A stretch of DNA of 64,000 bases, from positions 5,907-69,906 of the IMG/VR virus record IMGVR_UViG_3300024245_000001; one strand, written 5' to 3'. The notes under the pieces were generated by a model. The model had not been told where the DNA came from and searched no databases. It was given only the letters and a program-made list of their open reading frames with translations. Positions 18,093-26,796 of this stretch are shown piece by piece; the first letter of the stretch is position 1, and each line of letters opens with the position of its first letter. The translations under genes were made by a program, and so were the position numbers. The stretch comes from a virus. Lineage: Duplodnaviria > Caudoviricetes.

Positions 18093-18599
18093 TTATGCCT
18101 CAAGCCGTTCGAGCTTGTCAATTGGCACCGATGTTTCAACTACCCGATTGAACAACTGTATATATAGCCGTGGGCGCTGCTTCGGGGAGGCGCAGCGTAT
18201 CTTGCCCACCAGATCGGCGAATGGGCCATCGGTGATGCGGACCTCCGTCCCTTCCGGGAGGCCGTAATCCTTGGTCTCGTCAAATAATCGCCCTCGCCAT
18301 TCTTGCCACAATCGCTTGATTGTCTCGTCCGGAATAAATACCATTTTACCATTGTTTCGGACGAAACCGGACACACCGTCGATTTCGGAAATGTCGCTCA
18401 CGCGCTCTGGCAATATCCGCGCGAACGTATAGCCGAGGAACAGCGGCTCGAATCTCATGAGCCGCTCATGCCGGAAATTGGCCCAATAGACCCGATGGGG
18501 CATGAACACGGATTCCGGCCCCAGGACATCCTGGAGACCGAGGCAGACGCGCCCCTGGGCTTGGTGCGTTGATTGGACGGCTACCCACCTCTGGCTCAT
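18093..18599 (-). CDS. NusG-family transcription antitermination factor
   Basis: NGN-like N-terminus (WVAVQS..., PLFLGYTFAR) and KOW motif GTEVRITDGPFADLVGKI. Confidence 0.8.
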   Translation of the reverse strand: MSQRWVAVQSTHQAQGRVCLGLQDVLGPESVFMPHRVYWANFRHERLMRFEPLFLGYTFARILPERVSDISEIDGVSGFVRNNGKMVFIPDETIKRLWQEWRGRLFDETKDYGLPEGTEVRITDGPFADLVGKIRCASPKQRPRLYIQLFNRVVETSVPIDKLERLEA

Positions 18600-18769
18600 T
18601 TAGGCTCCTGTGGCCATAGGGACTCCTGTACCGCAGGAGACGGACGCTCTGTTATCCACTTGGCGTCGCGGTGGCGGCGATATTGGTATGCGCCGCAGCC
18701 GCCCTCATCATACGGGCGCACGCACCAGCGTCGGTTAAGCACCTCAATCCATTCGTGCTCGCATGTCAT
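18596..18769 (-). CDS. Small hypothetical protein, 57 aa
   Basis: Translated by hand (MTCEHEWIEV...); ATGA overlaps at both ends. Confidence 0.45.
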   Translation of the reverse strand: MTCEHEWIEVLNRRWCVRPYDEGGCGAYQYRRHRDAKWITERPSPAVQESLWPQEPK

Positions 18770-18945
18770 GCCGCCCTCCGTTCCGGAACCCGGACCTCGC
18801 AGTCACACGGCCACCCCACGAGTTCGGACCACTTCCCGTGCACCGGCCCGAGCTGGGCAAGCCGCATCCAACCCAAGCGCTCGTAGTCCGGGATCAAGTG
18901 GTGCGGCACAAAGGCTAAGATCGGGCAGAGGGAACGGCAGGTCAT
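18766..18945 (-). CDS. Small hypothetical protein, 59 aa
   Basis: Translated by hand (MTCRSLCPILAFVP...); ATGA overlaps at both ends. Confidence 0.45.
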   Translation of the reverse strand: MTCRSLCPILAFVPHHLIPDYERLGWMRLAQLGPVHGKWSELVGWPCDCEVRVPERRAA

Positions 18946-19565
18946 TCGGCGGCCACATCGAACTTAGTGGACTCGATCCCCCAGCCAGTCCATCCCAGCC
19001 TGGACTCGCGCGAGAACAATTCGAGGTAAGGGCCTTCGCAATATCGCCGAACCCGATCGAACATCTCGTCCGGCTTGCGGCTATGTTCGCGGACCGGGGC
19101 AAGGATAATCTCGCGGACGTCCTTTGCAACGCGCTTTGCATTGCCGCGGCGCGCTAGCAGTACGAACTCAGCATTCTTTCGCGTGGTCAGCCCGAGGCCG
19201 ATATGCAAATCGCACTCTTCGAGCGGAAGCACCCGCAACTGCGTGCGCGAATGCGAGCGTTTGAGTTTGACCCATGTAAATGCCACCGCGGAATAGCGGA
19301 AGCCCCAGGCCTCGATCACCTCGAAAGCTTGGCGCAAGCACGGCCCCGTCGTCCAGAGAAACAGATGCGCGTCCGCATGAGCCAGTTCCCTTACGGGAAG
19401 AGCGGCAATATCGTCCGCCCCCATGACGGCGTAGTGCTTCTCGGCGTCGCGCCGGCTTGTCCAGTTGCCGACTTGCAGCGCGGTCCTGGCGCGGAAATGC
19501 CAGGGTGGATCCGCAACGATCGCGCGATAATGGCGATGCGGAAGATCGGCGAACGGATCGCTCAT
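18942..19565 (-). CDS. MT-A70 family adenine methyltransferase
   Basis: IVADPPW, HLFLWTT, WGFRY...TWVK, HSRKP, LELFSR. Confidence 0.9.
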   Translation of the reverse strand: MSDPFADLPHRHYRAIVADPPWHFRARTALQVGNWTSRRDAEKHYAVMGADDIAALPVRELAHADAHLFLWTTGPCLRQAFEVIEAWGFRYSAVAFTWVKLKRSHSRTQLRVLPLEECDLHIGLGLTTRKNAEFVLLARRGNAKRVAKDVREIILAPVREHSRKPDEMFDRVRRYCEGPYLELFSRESRLGWTGWGIESTKFDVAAE

Positions 19566-19840
19566 CCCGCGCCCCTCCGATCCAGCGCGGACCTCCCCGG
19601 CAGGGGATCGCCGAATGCAATTGCACTCAGGCTACGCGGTGCCGCAATGGCATGGTCGCGCTCGGCGATGACATCCTCCGGCGGGCGCGGAGGCCCCCTG
19701 TACGTGCCGCCCTCTCGCGCCGCGGCCATGGTTTCCCGCACCAAAGCCCGCTGGGTTCTCTCGCGCTCTCGGCGTCGGGCCTTGGCTTCAGCGCTGCGAC
19801 GGTGGCCGACGGAGATGCGCAAACCACGGGAAAATGTCAT
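19562..19840 (-). CDS. Hypothetical protein
   Basis: ATGA-coupled; ends GDPLPGRSAL. Confidence 0.55.
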   Translation of the reverse strand: MTFSRGLRISVGHRRSAEAKARRRERERTQRALVRETMAAAREGGTYRGPPRPPEDVIAERDHAIAAPRSLSAIAFGDPLPGRSALDRRGAG

Positions 19841-20001
19841 TTCCTGTCGCCGTCCCGAAGTTTTTCGAGCATCGCCTGTAGCGTTGATTCCATGCTTTCT
19901 ATCCGGGCCGCCGCCATTTCATTATCGTTGTGATATTGCGCGTCGCGCACCTCGACAAATCGACTCAACAGTTCTTCCCAAGTTTCGTGTCCCATCAGCA
20001 T
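19837..20001 (-). CDS. Small hypothetical protein
   Basis: AGGAG RBS before ATG 20001. Confidence 0.45.
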   Translation of the reverse strand: MLMGHETWEELLSRFVEVRDAQYHNDNEMAAARIESMESTLQAMLEKLRDGDRK

Positions 20002-20017
20002 TTTTCTCCTCTCCTGC

Positions 20018-20356
20018 TCATTTCCTGCTCCCAAAAATGCAACTGCGATAGACGGGGTACAAATGCGCCGCCTTAATCGGGTCGCGCGATGGCCGGTATT
20101 CTCCATTCCGCTCGATCCACCCCGCCTTTATGGCGCGCTTCCAGACGGCTCCCCATGCGTTGAAATGCGCCGGGCGCAGTGAGCAGGCCGCCATCAAATC
20201 GTCGATGTGGACGGTCGGCTGGCAGCGGGCGAGCCAATAGATTGCGGATGCGGCGCCGGCCGCAAAATCTGGCGTGGTGAGCTCCTGTGCGGCGGCGGCC
20301 CGAGCCATGCCGGTGTCGCGACGCTGGCGGGCTTGGAATAGGTCGAGCTGGGTCAT
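20018..20356 (-). CDS. Hypothetical protein, possibly winged-helix
   Basis: Begins MTQLDLF; operonic overlaps. Confidence 0.6.
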   Translation of the reverse strand: MTQLDLFQARQRRDTGMARAAAAQELTTPDFAAGAASAIYWLARCQPTVHIDDLMAACSLRPAHFNAWGAVWKRAIKAGWIERNGEYRPSRDPIKAAHLYPVYRSCIFGSRK

Positions 20357-20571
20357 GCGGCCTCCGGAGGCTCGGGCAAGCCATCCGACTCGCGGCGGCG
20401 CTGGAAATCCGCACGGGCCTTGCGCGCCAACTCGATGAGCGCATTCCGCTTCTTGCGGTGGCTGCCGGGAACGATCGGTGACGCTAGCCGCGCAGGAGCT
20501 AGGCGCTGGTCGGCCTCCATGCTGGCGATGGCTGCGTCGGTGTACAGGATTGGGGGATCACGGTCGGTCAC
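20353..20571 (-). CDS. Hypothetical protein, 72 aa
   Basis: ATGA overlaps. Confidence 0.5.
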   Translation of the reverse strand: MTDRDPPILYTDAAIASMEADQRLAPARLASPIVPGSHRKKRNALIELARKARADFQRRRESDGLPEPPEAA

Positions 20572-21200
20572 GACTGCCCCCTAATCGTTTCCGCAAGACC
20601 GGGCGATACCAGGAGATCGCCGGCATAGACGGGAGGCTTACCGAGGCGCTCATATTCGGCGAGGATCGCGGCGTTTGTTCTCGCCTGGTCGCGTTCGTCG
20701 CGTTCATGAGACCTTTCGGCGACAAGTTTCTTGAACCGATTCAGGCCGAAATTTTCCCCGTATTTCTCACGCAATTGCTCGAGCGTGGGGCGGTGCGATC
20801 GCACTGGCTCCTCGGCTCTGCGCTTCAAGGTTTCCGCAATCGCAGCCTCTACCTTGCTCGCCGAGGCGGCCCGCTGCGCCAGTTTCTCGCAAGCCTCAGA
20901 AACCTCCCGCACGGTCGGCAACCAGTCAGTTTGGCTTGCCAAACCAGTGCGGGGATCGGTGACCTCGACAACGACGGCCTCCGAATATCGCGCCAAGACG
21001 GCCGCGATCGACGTGATGAAAGTGCCGGGATCGTTGGCCTCACCCTTCCGAAATTGACCCAGCAAAAGGCGGGCTCTCGTCGTCGCAAAAGAGGTTCGTT
21101 CCGCTGAGTTCCGCGACGCGCTGGCGAGCTCTTTCGACGAGCGCGTCAGCGGCTGCAATGAGTGGGCTAACGGCTTGAGGCTGTCCATTTTTTGCTCCAT
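20568..21200 (-). CDS. Putative helicase loader / replication accessory protein
   Basis: Follows and overlaps the initiator gene as lambda P does O; contains WLPTVREVSEAC. Confidence 0.5.
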   Translation of the reverse strand: MEQKMDSLKPLAHSLQPLTRSSKELASASRNSAERTSFATTRARLLLGQFRKGEANDPGTFITSIAAVLARYSEAVVVEVTDPRTGLASQTDWLPTVREVSEACEKLAQRAASASKVEAAIAETLKRRAEEPVRSHRPTLEQLREKYGENFGLNRFKKLVAERSHERDERDQARTNAAILAEYERLGKPPVYAGDLLVSPGLAETIRGQS

Positions 21201-21867
21201 TTTGAGCCGCCGGCTGGTCAGTCCAGCGTTCCTGATTGAGCCACGTCAACGGGTTGCACCACGGGCGATCGTCAGTTTTCCTGACGTAGCCGTGCAACCC
21301 GGCCATCAATTCCTCAAACGACACGCGGCGAGTTTTCCCAATTCTTTCAAGCTTATCGAGCGCGGCCTTGCGACCGACCTTGTTTGGGAATACCCCCCAA
21401 AATTTATCGGCGAAGTCCGGAGGCCAATCGGGGCCAAGCGCGCTCGCGCGCGTTTCTTTCTTTTCTGTCTCTGACTCTGTACTCTGTATCTGGTGGCGTT
21501 TCTGAAACGTTTCATCGCCGTTACTTTGAGCGTTTCGTTTACGTTCCCTGTGCTGTTTCACGCGGTCGGTTGAAACGTCACTCTTGTATTGCCTGCCGTT
21601 CCAATTGTGTGGCTCAAAGTAACCGCCTGGAACGGGGTCGAGAAGATTGCGTCCGGCAAGGAATGCAACGGCAGCCCTCGCCTTCGCTTCGGTCATGTGG
21701 AGGGCCAGCGCGGCATCAAGGGCAGAAGGTATTTGCCCGTCGCGGACGGCGGCGAGGCAGCATAAGTTGAACCATGCCTTGAACATATCTAGCGGGAGAC
21801 CCTGGATTTTAGGGTCGTTCCTCGCCTCGGCGTATGCCCGCCACCAGCGCTCGGTCATACCCCGCAC
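21040..21867 (-). CDS. Replication initiator (lambda O / DnaA-analogue type)
   Basis: N-terminal winged-helix-type domain, STDRVKQHRER linker, C-terminal FW..FP.KVGRK.A...NPLTWLNQERW. Confidence 0.75.
   Translation of the reverse strand: MRGMTERWWRAYAEARNDPKIQGLPLDMFKAWFNLCCLAAVRDGQIPSALDAALALHMTEAKARAAVAFLAGRNLLDPVPGGYFEPHNWNGRQYKSDVSTDRVKQHRERKRNAQSNGDETFQKRHQIQSTESETEKKETRASALGPDWPPDFADKFWGVFPNKVGRKAALDKLERIGKTRRVSFEELMAGLHGYVRKTDDRPWCNPLTWLNQERWTDQPAAQNGAKNGQPQAVSPLIAAADALVERARQRVAELSGTNLFCDDESPPFAGSISEG
21460..21600. promoter_or_regulatory. Candidate replication origin (iteron-like repeats inside the initiator gene)
   Basis: Tandem TCTG/CTCTG units at about 21466-21492 and clustered TGAAAC/GTTTC words at about 21498-21580, in the linker where lambdoid origins lie. 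Confidence 0.45.
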
Positions 21868-21891
21868 ATTCCAACGATTGGTTTTGGCCCT

Positions 21892-22707
21892 TTAGACACC
21901 GCAAAGACCCTCGCATTCATTGTTGAATAGGTCGGGCTGGCCGGCTTCGGCGTCGGTGCGGAGGTCGACCTCATCGAGTGGCTTGCGGCTAGAGTGCATG
22001 TACTCGACCGTGCGCATCCCCCGCGCATTGCCGCCGAGCCTGATAGCCTTGTCGACCGCAACCGCATCGGCAAATTCATCCGGGGCGGCGTCGCGCATAC
22101 GCCGCCAATGCGCATCGGAGTGAAACGGGCAGCCAATGCAGGACGACTTCGGCGGCTCCGGATAGTCGTGCGCCTTGAGCCATGCGAGGCAATCTCGGCG
22201 CGACATGCCCTTCTCGATCAGCGGATGGCGGTTGACCATCCAGGCCTGCCGCGCCGGTCGCATACGGATCGCCTCGTCGGTGCTGATGCCGATCCAGACC
22301 TCGGCGCTTGCCTTCTTGATCCGAGCGCGACGGCTGACGCCGAGCGATGTGCGGATGTCCCGCATGATCGGGATGAGCTTGTATTCCGACGTGCATTGCC
22401 GCCGGCCGATGCCAAGTTGGCCCTTCATGTCGGTGAAGAACGGGATCGCCGCGAAGCGCCCGCCAGACGTGTTGCGCCGCGCCAGAATGTTGGTCCGGAT
22501 GTTCCCATTGCTCACGACATGGATCGGGAACGGCAGCACGTTTGACGACGCCAGCCACGCGAGATGGTCGTATACGGCCTTCGGCTCCCAGCCCGTATCG
22601 GCAAACACGGCGTGGTCCGGCATCGGCCCAATCTCGCCATGCGCCGCCATCAGCGCCATGGTGGTGCTCTGGACGCCAGCGCCGAGGGAGATGACGCGAA
22701 GCATCAT
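21892..22707 (-). CDS. PAPS-reductase-like (adenine nucleotide alpha hydrolase) protein
   Basis: ISLGAGVQST PP-loop, FADTGWE, RQCTSEYK, SSCIGCPFH; start reassigned to 22707. Confidence 0.8.
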   Translation of the reverse strand: MMLRVISLGAGVQSTTMALMAAHGEIGPMPDHAVFADTGWEPKAVYDHLAWLASSNVLPFPIHVVSNGNIRTNILARRNTSGGRFAAIPFFTDMKGQLGIGRRQCTSEYKLIPIMRDIRTSLGVSRRARIKKASAEVWIGISTDEAIRMRPARQAWMVNRHPLIEKGMSRRDCLAWLKAHDYPEPPKSSCIGCPFHSDAHWRRMRDAAPDEFADAVAVDKAIRLGGNARGMRTVEYMHSSRKPLDEVDLRTDAEAGQPDLFNNECEGLCGV

Positions 22708-23441
22708 GGTCGCCACCGTGCCGGCACATAGGCGCGAGGGGCGCAACTCCCGCAATAGGGCATCCCCGCCGCAAGGTCGGCCCCAGGAGCGCCACAGAAT
22801 AGTTGATCGCGGCCGGTGTCTGGGCCGACCGGCCATCGGCAGGTCTCGGTGGTTAGGTCATAGATCGAGCAAGCGGTGACGGGGATCGGCTCTGGCTCGC
22901 ACCGCAGCCTTGGCTGCGTGGGTTGCCCGATGCTCGCCTCCGGCGTCCACGGGGCCGGAATTCTTAAGGCGGGCTTCCGCTTGCGCTTGGCATTGGCGAT
23001 CTTGGTGAACATGCCACCGTAAGTGTTTACGCCCCGCGTGACGGGCGGGGCTGCAGCCTTGGGCTTGCGAGGGCGCGGCATATGCCCTCGGCCGGGGACG
23101 TAATAGGACTCGCCCAGGCCGATCCGGTGAGCCCGACTGATGATCGAGTTGCGGCTGCGCTTGAGTAGTGCGGCGATGTCTCGCGCCGAAGTTTTTCCCC
23201 ATTGAGCACGCAAGATGGCGTCCTCGTCAGGGTGCCAAGTGGACGCCGGCCCCCCCTTGTAGTCCGCAGATCCGCGGTCGCATTGGCAGCAATGGCAGCT
23301 CGAGACCCAGCGCTCTGCTCGGTGCCCATGAATACAGGGCTCGCCCGTGCAGTAGCGCAGGAGCCCCGCCTTGATGGCGTCGGCGCGCGATATAACAGGA
23401 AGCACATCCGGTTCGACCGGATTTGAGGTCATATCAAGCAT
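22704..23441 (-). CDS. gcrA: GcrA-like cell-cycle regulator with an extra N-terminal Cys/His module
   Basis: W...EDAILRAQW..SARDIA..L.RSRNSIISRAHRIGL plus C-terminal LT..TCRWPVG...FCG...PYC..C...AY. Confidence 0.8.
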   Translation of the reverse strand: MLDMTSNPVEPDVLPVISRADAIKAGLLRYCTGEPCIHGHRAERWVSSCHCCQCDRGSADYKGGPASTWHPDEDAILRAQWGKTSARDIAALLKRSRNSIISRAHRIGLGESYYVPGRGHMPRPRKPKAAAPPVTRGVNTYGGMFTKIANAKRKRKPALRIPAPWTPEASIGQPTQPRLRCEPEPIPVTACSIYDLTTETCRWPVGPDTGRDQLFCGAPGADLAAGMPYCGSCAPRAYVPARWRP

Positions 23442-23656
23442 CCGGCATCCCCATGCCCGGAGTGGAAACGAAACGCAGCGGTTACGTGGAACCAAGAACT
23501 CGGTGATGGTTCCTGTCTACTCTGTCACCCACAACCAGTCGGAGCCGTCCGCCCGGCTCTAGCCTACTCACGTTTCACAGGCTTGAGCCCTATCGCGGGC
23601 TTCCGGCCTCCACGCTTTCGCTCGGGATGGGCACCCAAGGATCATCGGACTTGCGG

Positions 23657-23812
23657 TCACTCATGAGCGGTGTCCTTCCAAGTAAACCAAGAGGTCGTTG
23701 CCGAGACGAGGCAAACGCCAATTGTTGGCACCGGCTCCGGTGCTCCTAACGCTATCAAGGCGAACCCGGCTAACAGGCCTGCCCCAACGCAAAAGACCGC
23801 GCGGATAATCAT
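23657..23812 (-). CDS. Small membrane protein, 51 aa
   Basis: AAGGAG RBS; two hydrophobic segments; translated by hand. Confidence 0.5.
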   Translation of the reverse strand: MIIRAVFCVGAGLLAGFALIALGAPEPVPTIGVCLVSATTSWFTWKDTAHE

Positions 23813-23842
23813 CGCGCTTCTCCTTTCAGACGACCTGTCGTC

Positions 23843-24064
23843 TCATTTTCTTGCCCCAATCATCTCGACGAGATCGGGTCGGAGGTCTCGCGGCGCGATT
23901 CCGGTCTTCTCGTATATTACCGGAAGCAAGTCTTTCCCAGGACGGCGGTTTTCGTTTTCCCAACGGGTGATGTTGGCTCGTGACGTGCCGAGAAGGTCGG
24001 CCAGCGCGGCCTTGGAAAGATTGTTGTTTTTTCGGAATTTGGTGAGCGGGTGAATGCTGGTCAT
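23843..24064 (-). CDS. cro: Cro/YdaS-like HTH repressor
   Basis: LSKAALADLLGTSRANITRWE helix-turn-helix and C-terminal LRPDL signature. Confidence 0.8.
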   Translation of the reverse strand: MTSIHPLTKFRKNNNLSKAALADLLGTSRANITRWENENRRPGKDLLPVIYEKTGIAPRDLRPDLVEMIGARK

Positions 24065-24283
24065 GACGCGAGTGTTACCGGATCAGCAACATCCCGTCAA
24101 TAGGCTTGTGTTGCCAAGGCGGCAATCCACATGCTAACGGTAGCCGGTTATGCTTACCGTTATGGTAACTCGTCTCGGCGTCTCGCGCGAGACCGTATGG
24201 CGCCGGATTGCAGGCAGAAAATAAAAATTGTTACCGGATCAGCAACATTTCGCTTGACGCCAGTGTTGCCGATACGGTAACGT
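24065..24283. promoter_or_regulatory. Immunity region: divergent promoters with five operator-like inverted repeats
   Basis: Leftward TTGACG-N17-TAACAC (24100-24072); rightward TTGACG-N18-TAACGT (24254-24283). Sites of consensus GTTRCC-N5-GGYAAC near 24074, 24110, 24153, 24230 and 24265. An exact 20-bp repeat at 24073-24092 and 24229-24248. Confidence 0.75.
24150..24224 (+). pseudogene. Vestigial cI-like HTH fragment, 24 codons
   Basis: MLTVMVTRLGVSRETVWRRIAGRK*, in the position and orientation expected for cI. Confidence 0.45.
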
Positions 24284-24309
24284 CTCTCCCATCGAAACGG
24301 AGAGACCAC

Positions 24310-24513
24310 ATGACCGACCGCATCCAGTTCGCTTCCACCGGACTAGCGCCGCCCAATAAGCGGCGCGGGTATCGACTTTCGTGCGGCTGCTGTGTCGGCC
24401 CCGAGGAAGACCGCTGCTGCTGCTGGAACCATCAGGACCGGCCGCGCGGCATCCTTCCCAAGAAATGCACCCTGCATCAGATCGAACACGCAGACTGTAA
24501 AGCCGCGGAATAG
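24310..24513 (+). CDS. Cys-rich small early protein
   Basis: GGAG RBS; CGCC...CCC...C..H; first gene after the rightward promoter. Confidence 0.55.
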   Translation: MTDRIQFASTGLAPPNKRRGYRLSCGCCVGPEEDRCCCWNHQDRPRGILPKKCTLHQIEHADCKAAE

Positions 24514-24573
24514 CGGGGCGCGCCAGCCGGGGCGCGCTCGAAGTACCGGCGCCTTTCAACAGGAGTGACCGTG

Positions 24574-24699
24574 ATGCGCATCCTTCGCGAATTCGCCTTC
24601 CACCTGCCGCACGCGCTGTTCGACCTCGCCGTGATCGGCTCGTTCCTATTCACCATGTTCGTGGTGATGGTCTTCTGGCTGGGAGTTGTCGTGCTCTGA
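24574..24699 (+). CDS. Small membrane peptide, 41 aa
   Basis: AGGAG RBS; one long hydrophobic helix; translated by hand. Confidence 0.45.
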   Translation: MRILREFAFHLPHALFDLAVIGSFLFTMFVVMVFWLGVVVL

Positions 24700-24731
24700 C
24701 AACGCTTTGATCTGCACAAGGAACTCGCACA

Positions 24732-25244
24732 ATGACCGACCTCATCACAACGCTGGAACGGATCGACGCGCGTCTGCGCGCCAAGCGCACGACAGCCTCG
24801 ACCGTTTGCCAATTCTGCGGCACCCAGCCGAATGAGAGTTCGCCGCACATCTGCCCCGACAGGGCGCAGGCTCATGTTTGCCCGTGGACTCCGGCTTCCG
24901 CCGAAAGCGCCCGCGCCAAGCGCACGATAGTCTCGTCGATCCGCACTGACTTTTGCGATCTACTCACTACTCTGACCGATAACATGCCTCCGCCCATCAT
25001 GGGCGAGATGGACGCCGACGACATCGACGAACTCGCCGAGCACATGCGGCGGGTCATGGGGGCGGTCGAGAAATACGCCGAAGCCGTCATTGCCGACGCG
25101 AAATACCGGACATCTGGATTGGATTTCGACGTGAACGTGACGGGGCGGCTATCGGACATGCAGGGCGATCTGGTGGGCGCATTCAAGAACGCCGCCGAGG
25201 CAATGCGCGAGTTCGAGCGCGAGCATGAGGCCGACGATCTATGA
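24732..25244 (+). CDS. Hypothetical protein with a repeat-flanked Cys-rich insert
   Basis: RAKRT occurs twice; 16-bp direct repeats at 24777-24792 and 24912-24927. Confidence 0.6.
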   Translation: MTDLITTLERIDARLRAKRTTASTVCQFCGTQPNESSPHICPDRAQAHVCPWTPASAESARAKRTIVSSIRTDFCDLLTTLTDNMPPPIMGEMDADDIDELAEHMRRVMGAVEKYAEAVIADAKYRTSGLDFDVNVTGRLSDMQGDLVGAFKNAAEAMREFEREHEADDL

Positions 25245-25417
25245 CCGTGCTTTTGACCTGCGGATGCTGCCTCGCCATCGGTTTCCAGGCCGGCGCTCTG
25301 ATGGTGGCGACGAGCCTGATCCTGACCGAGCGGGACACGGAGCCCGCGCGGATACGGGCACCGGAGTCGAAGATATTTCCGAGCTACCAGCGTTATTTGA
25401 TGCAGAAGGGGTGAGTA

Positions 25418-26161
25418 ATGAACACGCAAGCCATTGCCATGCGGCCCGAAGCCGAGAACACGGCGCTCGTCCACATGATCGAGCGCGTCGCGCGTGATGT
25501 CTCATTCCCGATCGACCGGCTCGAAAAGCTCATGGAGATGCACGAGCGCGTATCGGCGCGCAATGCCGAGTCGGCCTGGAATGAGGCCATGGCTGCGGCA
25601 CAGACGGAAATGCGGCCGGTCGTCAAGGATGCCGACAATCCGCAGACGCGATCAAAATATGCGAGCTATGCCGCGCTCGATCGCGCAATCCGTCCGACCT
25701 ACACGAGCCACGGCTTCGCCCTAAGTTTTAACACCGCGCCAGACGCCCCCGAAAACCACGTCCGCGTGATCTGCGACGTGATGAACAAGGGGCACTCGCG
25801 CCGATATTCCATCGATATGCCGGCCGATGGCAAGGGGGCCAAGGGCGGCGACGTGATGACGAAGACGCACGCCACTGGCGCGGCCGTCACCTATGGCATG
25901 CGCTATCTCCTGAAGATGATCTTCAATATCGCCACGGGCGAGCGGGACGACGATGGGAACGGCGCTGGAGGCGGTGGCGACACCCTGAGCGACAAGCAGA
26001 TCGAAACGATCCAGCGCCTCATTCAGGAGAGCGGATGCAACATTGACATATTTCTCAAACTCGCCAAGGCACCGAGCGTCTGCGACATCCAATCCACCAA
26101 ATTTGCCGAGGCCGTGGGTTGGCTGGAGCGCAAGAAGGCGGCGAAGCGAGGTGCGCCATGA
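25418..26161 (+). CDS. erf: ERF-family single-strand annealing protein
   Basis: V.KDADNP..RSKYASY, GAAVTYGMRY.L..IFNI..GE.DDDG. Confidence 0.85.
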   Translation: MNTQAIAMRPEAENTALVHMIERVARDVSFPIDRLEKLMEMHERVSARNAESAWNEAMAAAQTEMRPVVKDADNPQTRSKYASYAALDRAIRPTYTSHGFALSFNTAPDAPENHVRVICDVMNKGHSRRYSIDMPADGKGAKGGDVMTKTHATGAAVTYGMRYLLKMIFNIATGERDDDGNGAGGGGDTLSDKQIETIQRLIQESGCNIDIFLKLAKAPSVCDIQSTKFAEAVGWLERKKAAKRGAP

Positions 26162-26796
26162 AGATCATTGAATGCGTGCAGGGCTCACCAGAATGGCATG
26201 CCGCCCGCGTCGGCCGCGTCACTGCAAGCCGAGCCTCCGACGTTGTAGCAAGAATCAAAACTGGGTGGGGAGCCTCCCGCGCCAACTATCTCGCCGAGCT
26301 AATCGCCGAACGTCTAACCGGCGCCGCAGCCGAAGGTTACACCAACGCGGCTATGCAATGGGGCACCGATAAGGAACCGGAGGCCCGCACTGTTTACGAA
26401 TTCCTTTGCGATGAACCCGTAGTGCTGGTCGGGTTCGTCGAACATCCCACAATCGCGGCGGCCGGCTGTAGTCCTGACGGACTAGTGGGAGACGATGGCA
26501 TGCTCGAAATAAAATGCCCGAGCACATCGACGCACATCGATACGCTTTTGGGCGAGGCCGTCCCGTCGAAATACATCACGCAAATGCAGTTCCAGATGGC
26601 CTGCACCGGCCGGAAGTGGTGTGATTTCGTCTCCTATGATCCGCGCCTGCCTGAGAGCATGCGCCTGTTCGTCAAGCGCGTGCATCGCGACGATGCCGCC
26701 ATAGCCACGTTGAACGCCGAGGTGACGACGTTCCTCGCCGAGCTCGACAGCAAAATCGCAGCGCTCACCAAGATTTATCAGTGGGAGGCCGCATGA
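26158..26796 (+). CDS. YqaJ / lambda-exonuclease family protein
   Basis: QGSPEWH.AR.G.VTAS, AMQWG...E..AR, SPDGLV, LEIKCP, QMQFQM. Confidence 0.9.
   Translation: MKIIECVQGSPEWHAARVGRVTASRASDVVARIKTGWGASRANYLAELIAERLTGAAAEGYTNAAMQWGTDKEPEARTVYEFLCDEPVVLVGFVEHPTIAAAGCSPDGLVGDDGMLEIKCPSTSTHIDTLLGEAVPSKYITQMQFQMACTGRKWCDFVSYDPRLPESMRLFVKRVHRDDAAIATLNAEVTTFLAELDSKIAALTKIYQWEAA

Noticed and set aside
21892-22707. Sulfur-assimilation cysH
   Set aside because: Only the PP-loop fold is supported; it lies in the replication operon with no other cys genes.
23500-23650. Structured ncRNA between gcrA and cro
   Set aside because: Two short hairpins (GAGCCG/CGGCTC and GGAACCA/TGGTTCC) are present, but I recognise no family features and short stems are common at this GC content.
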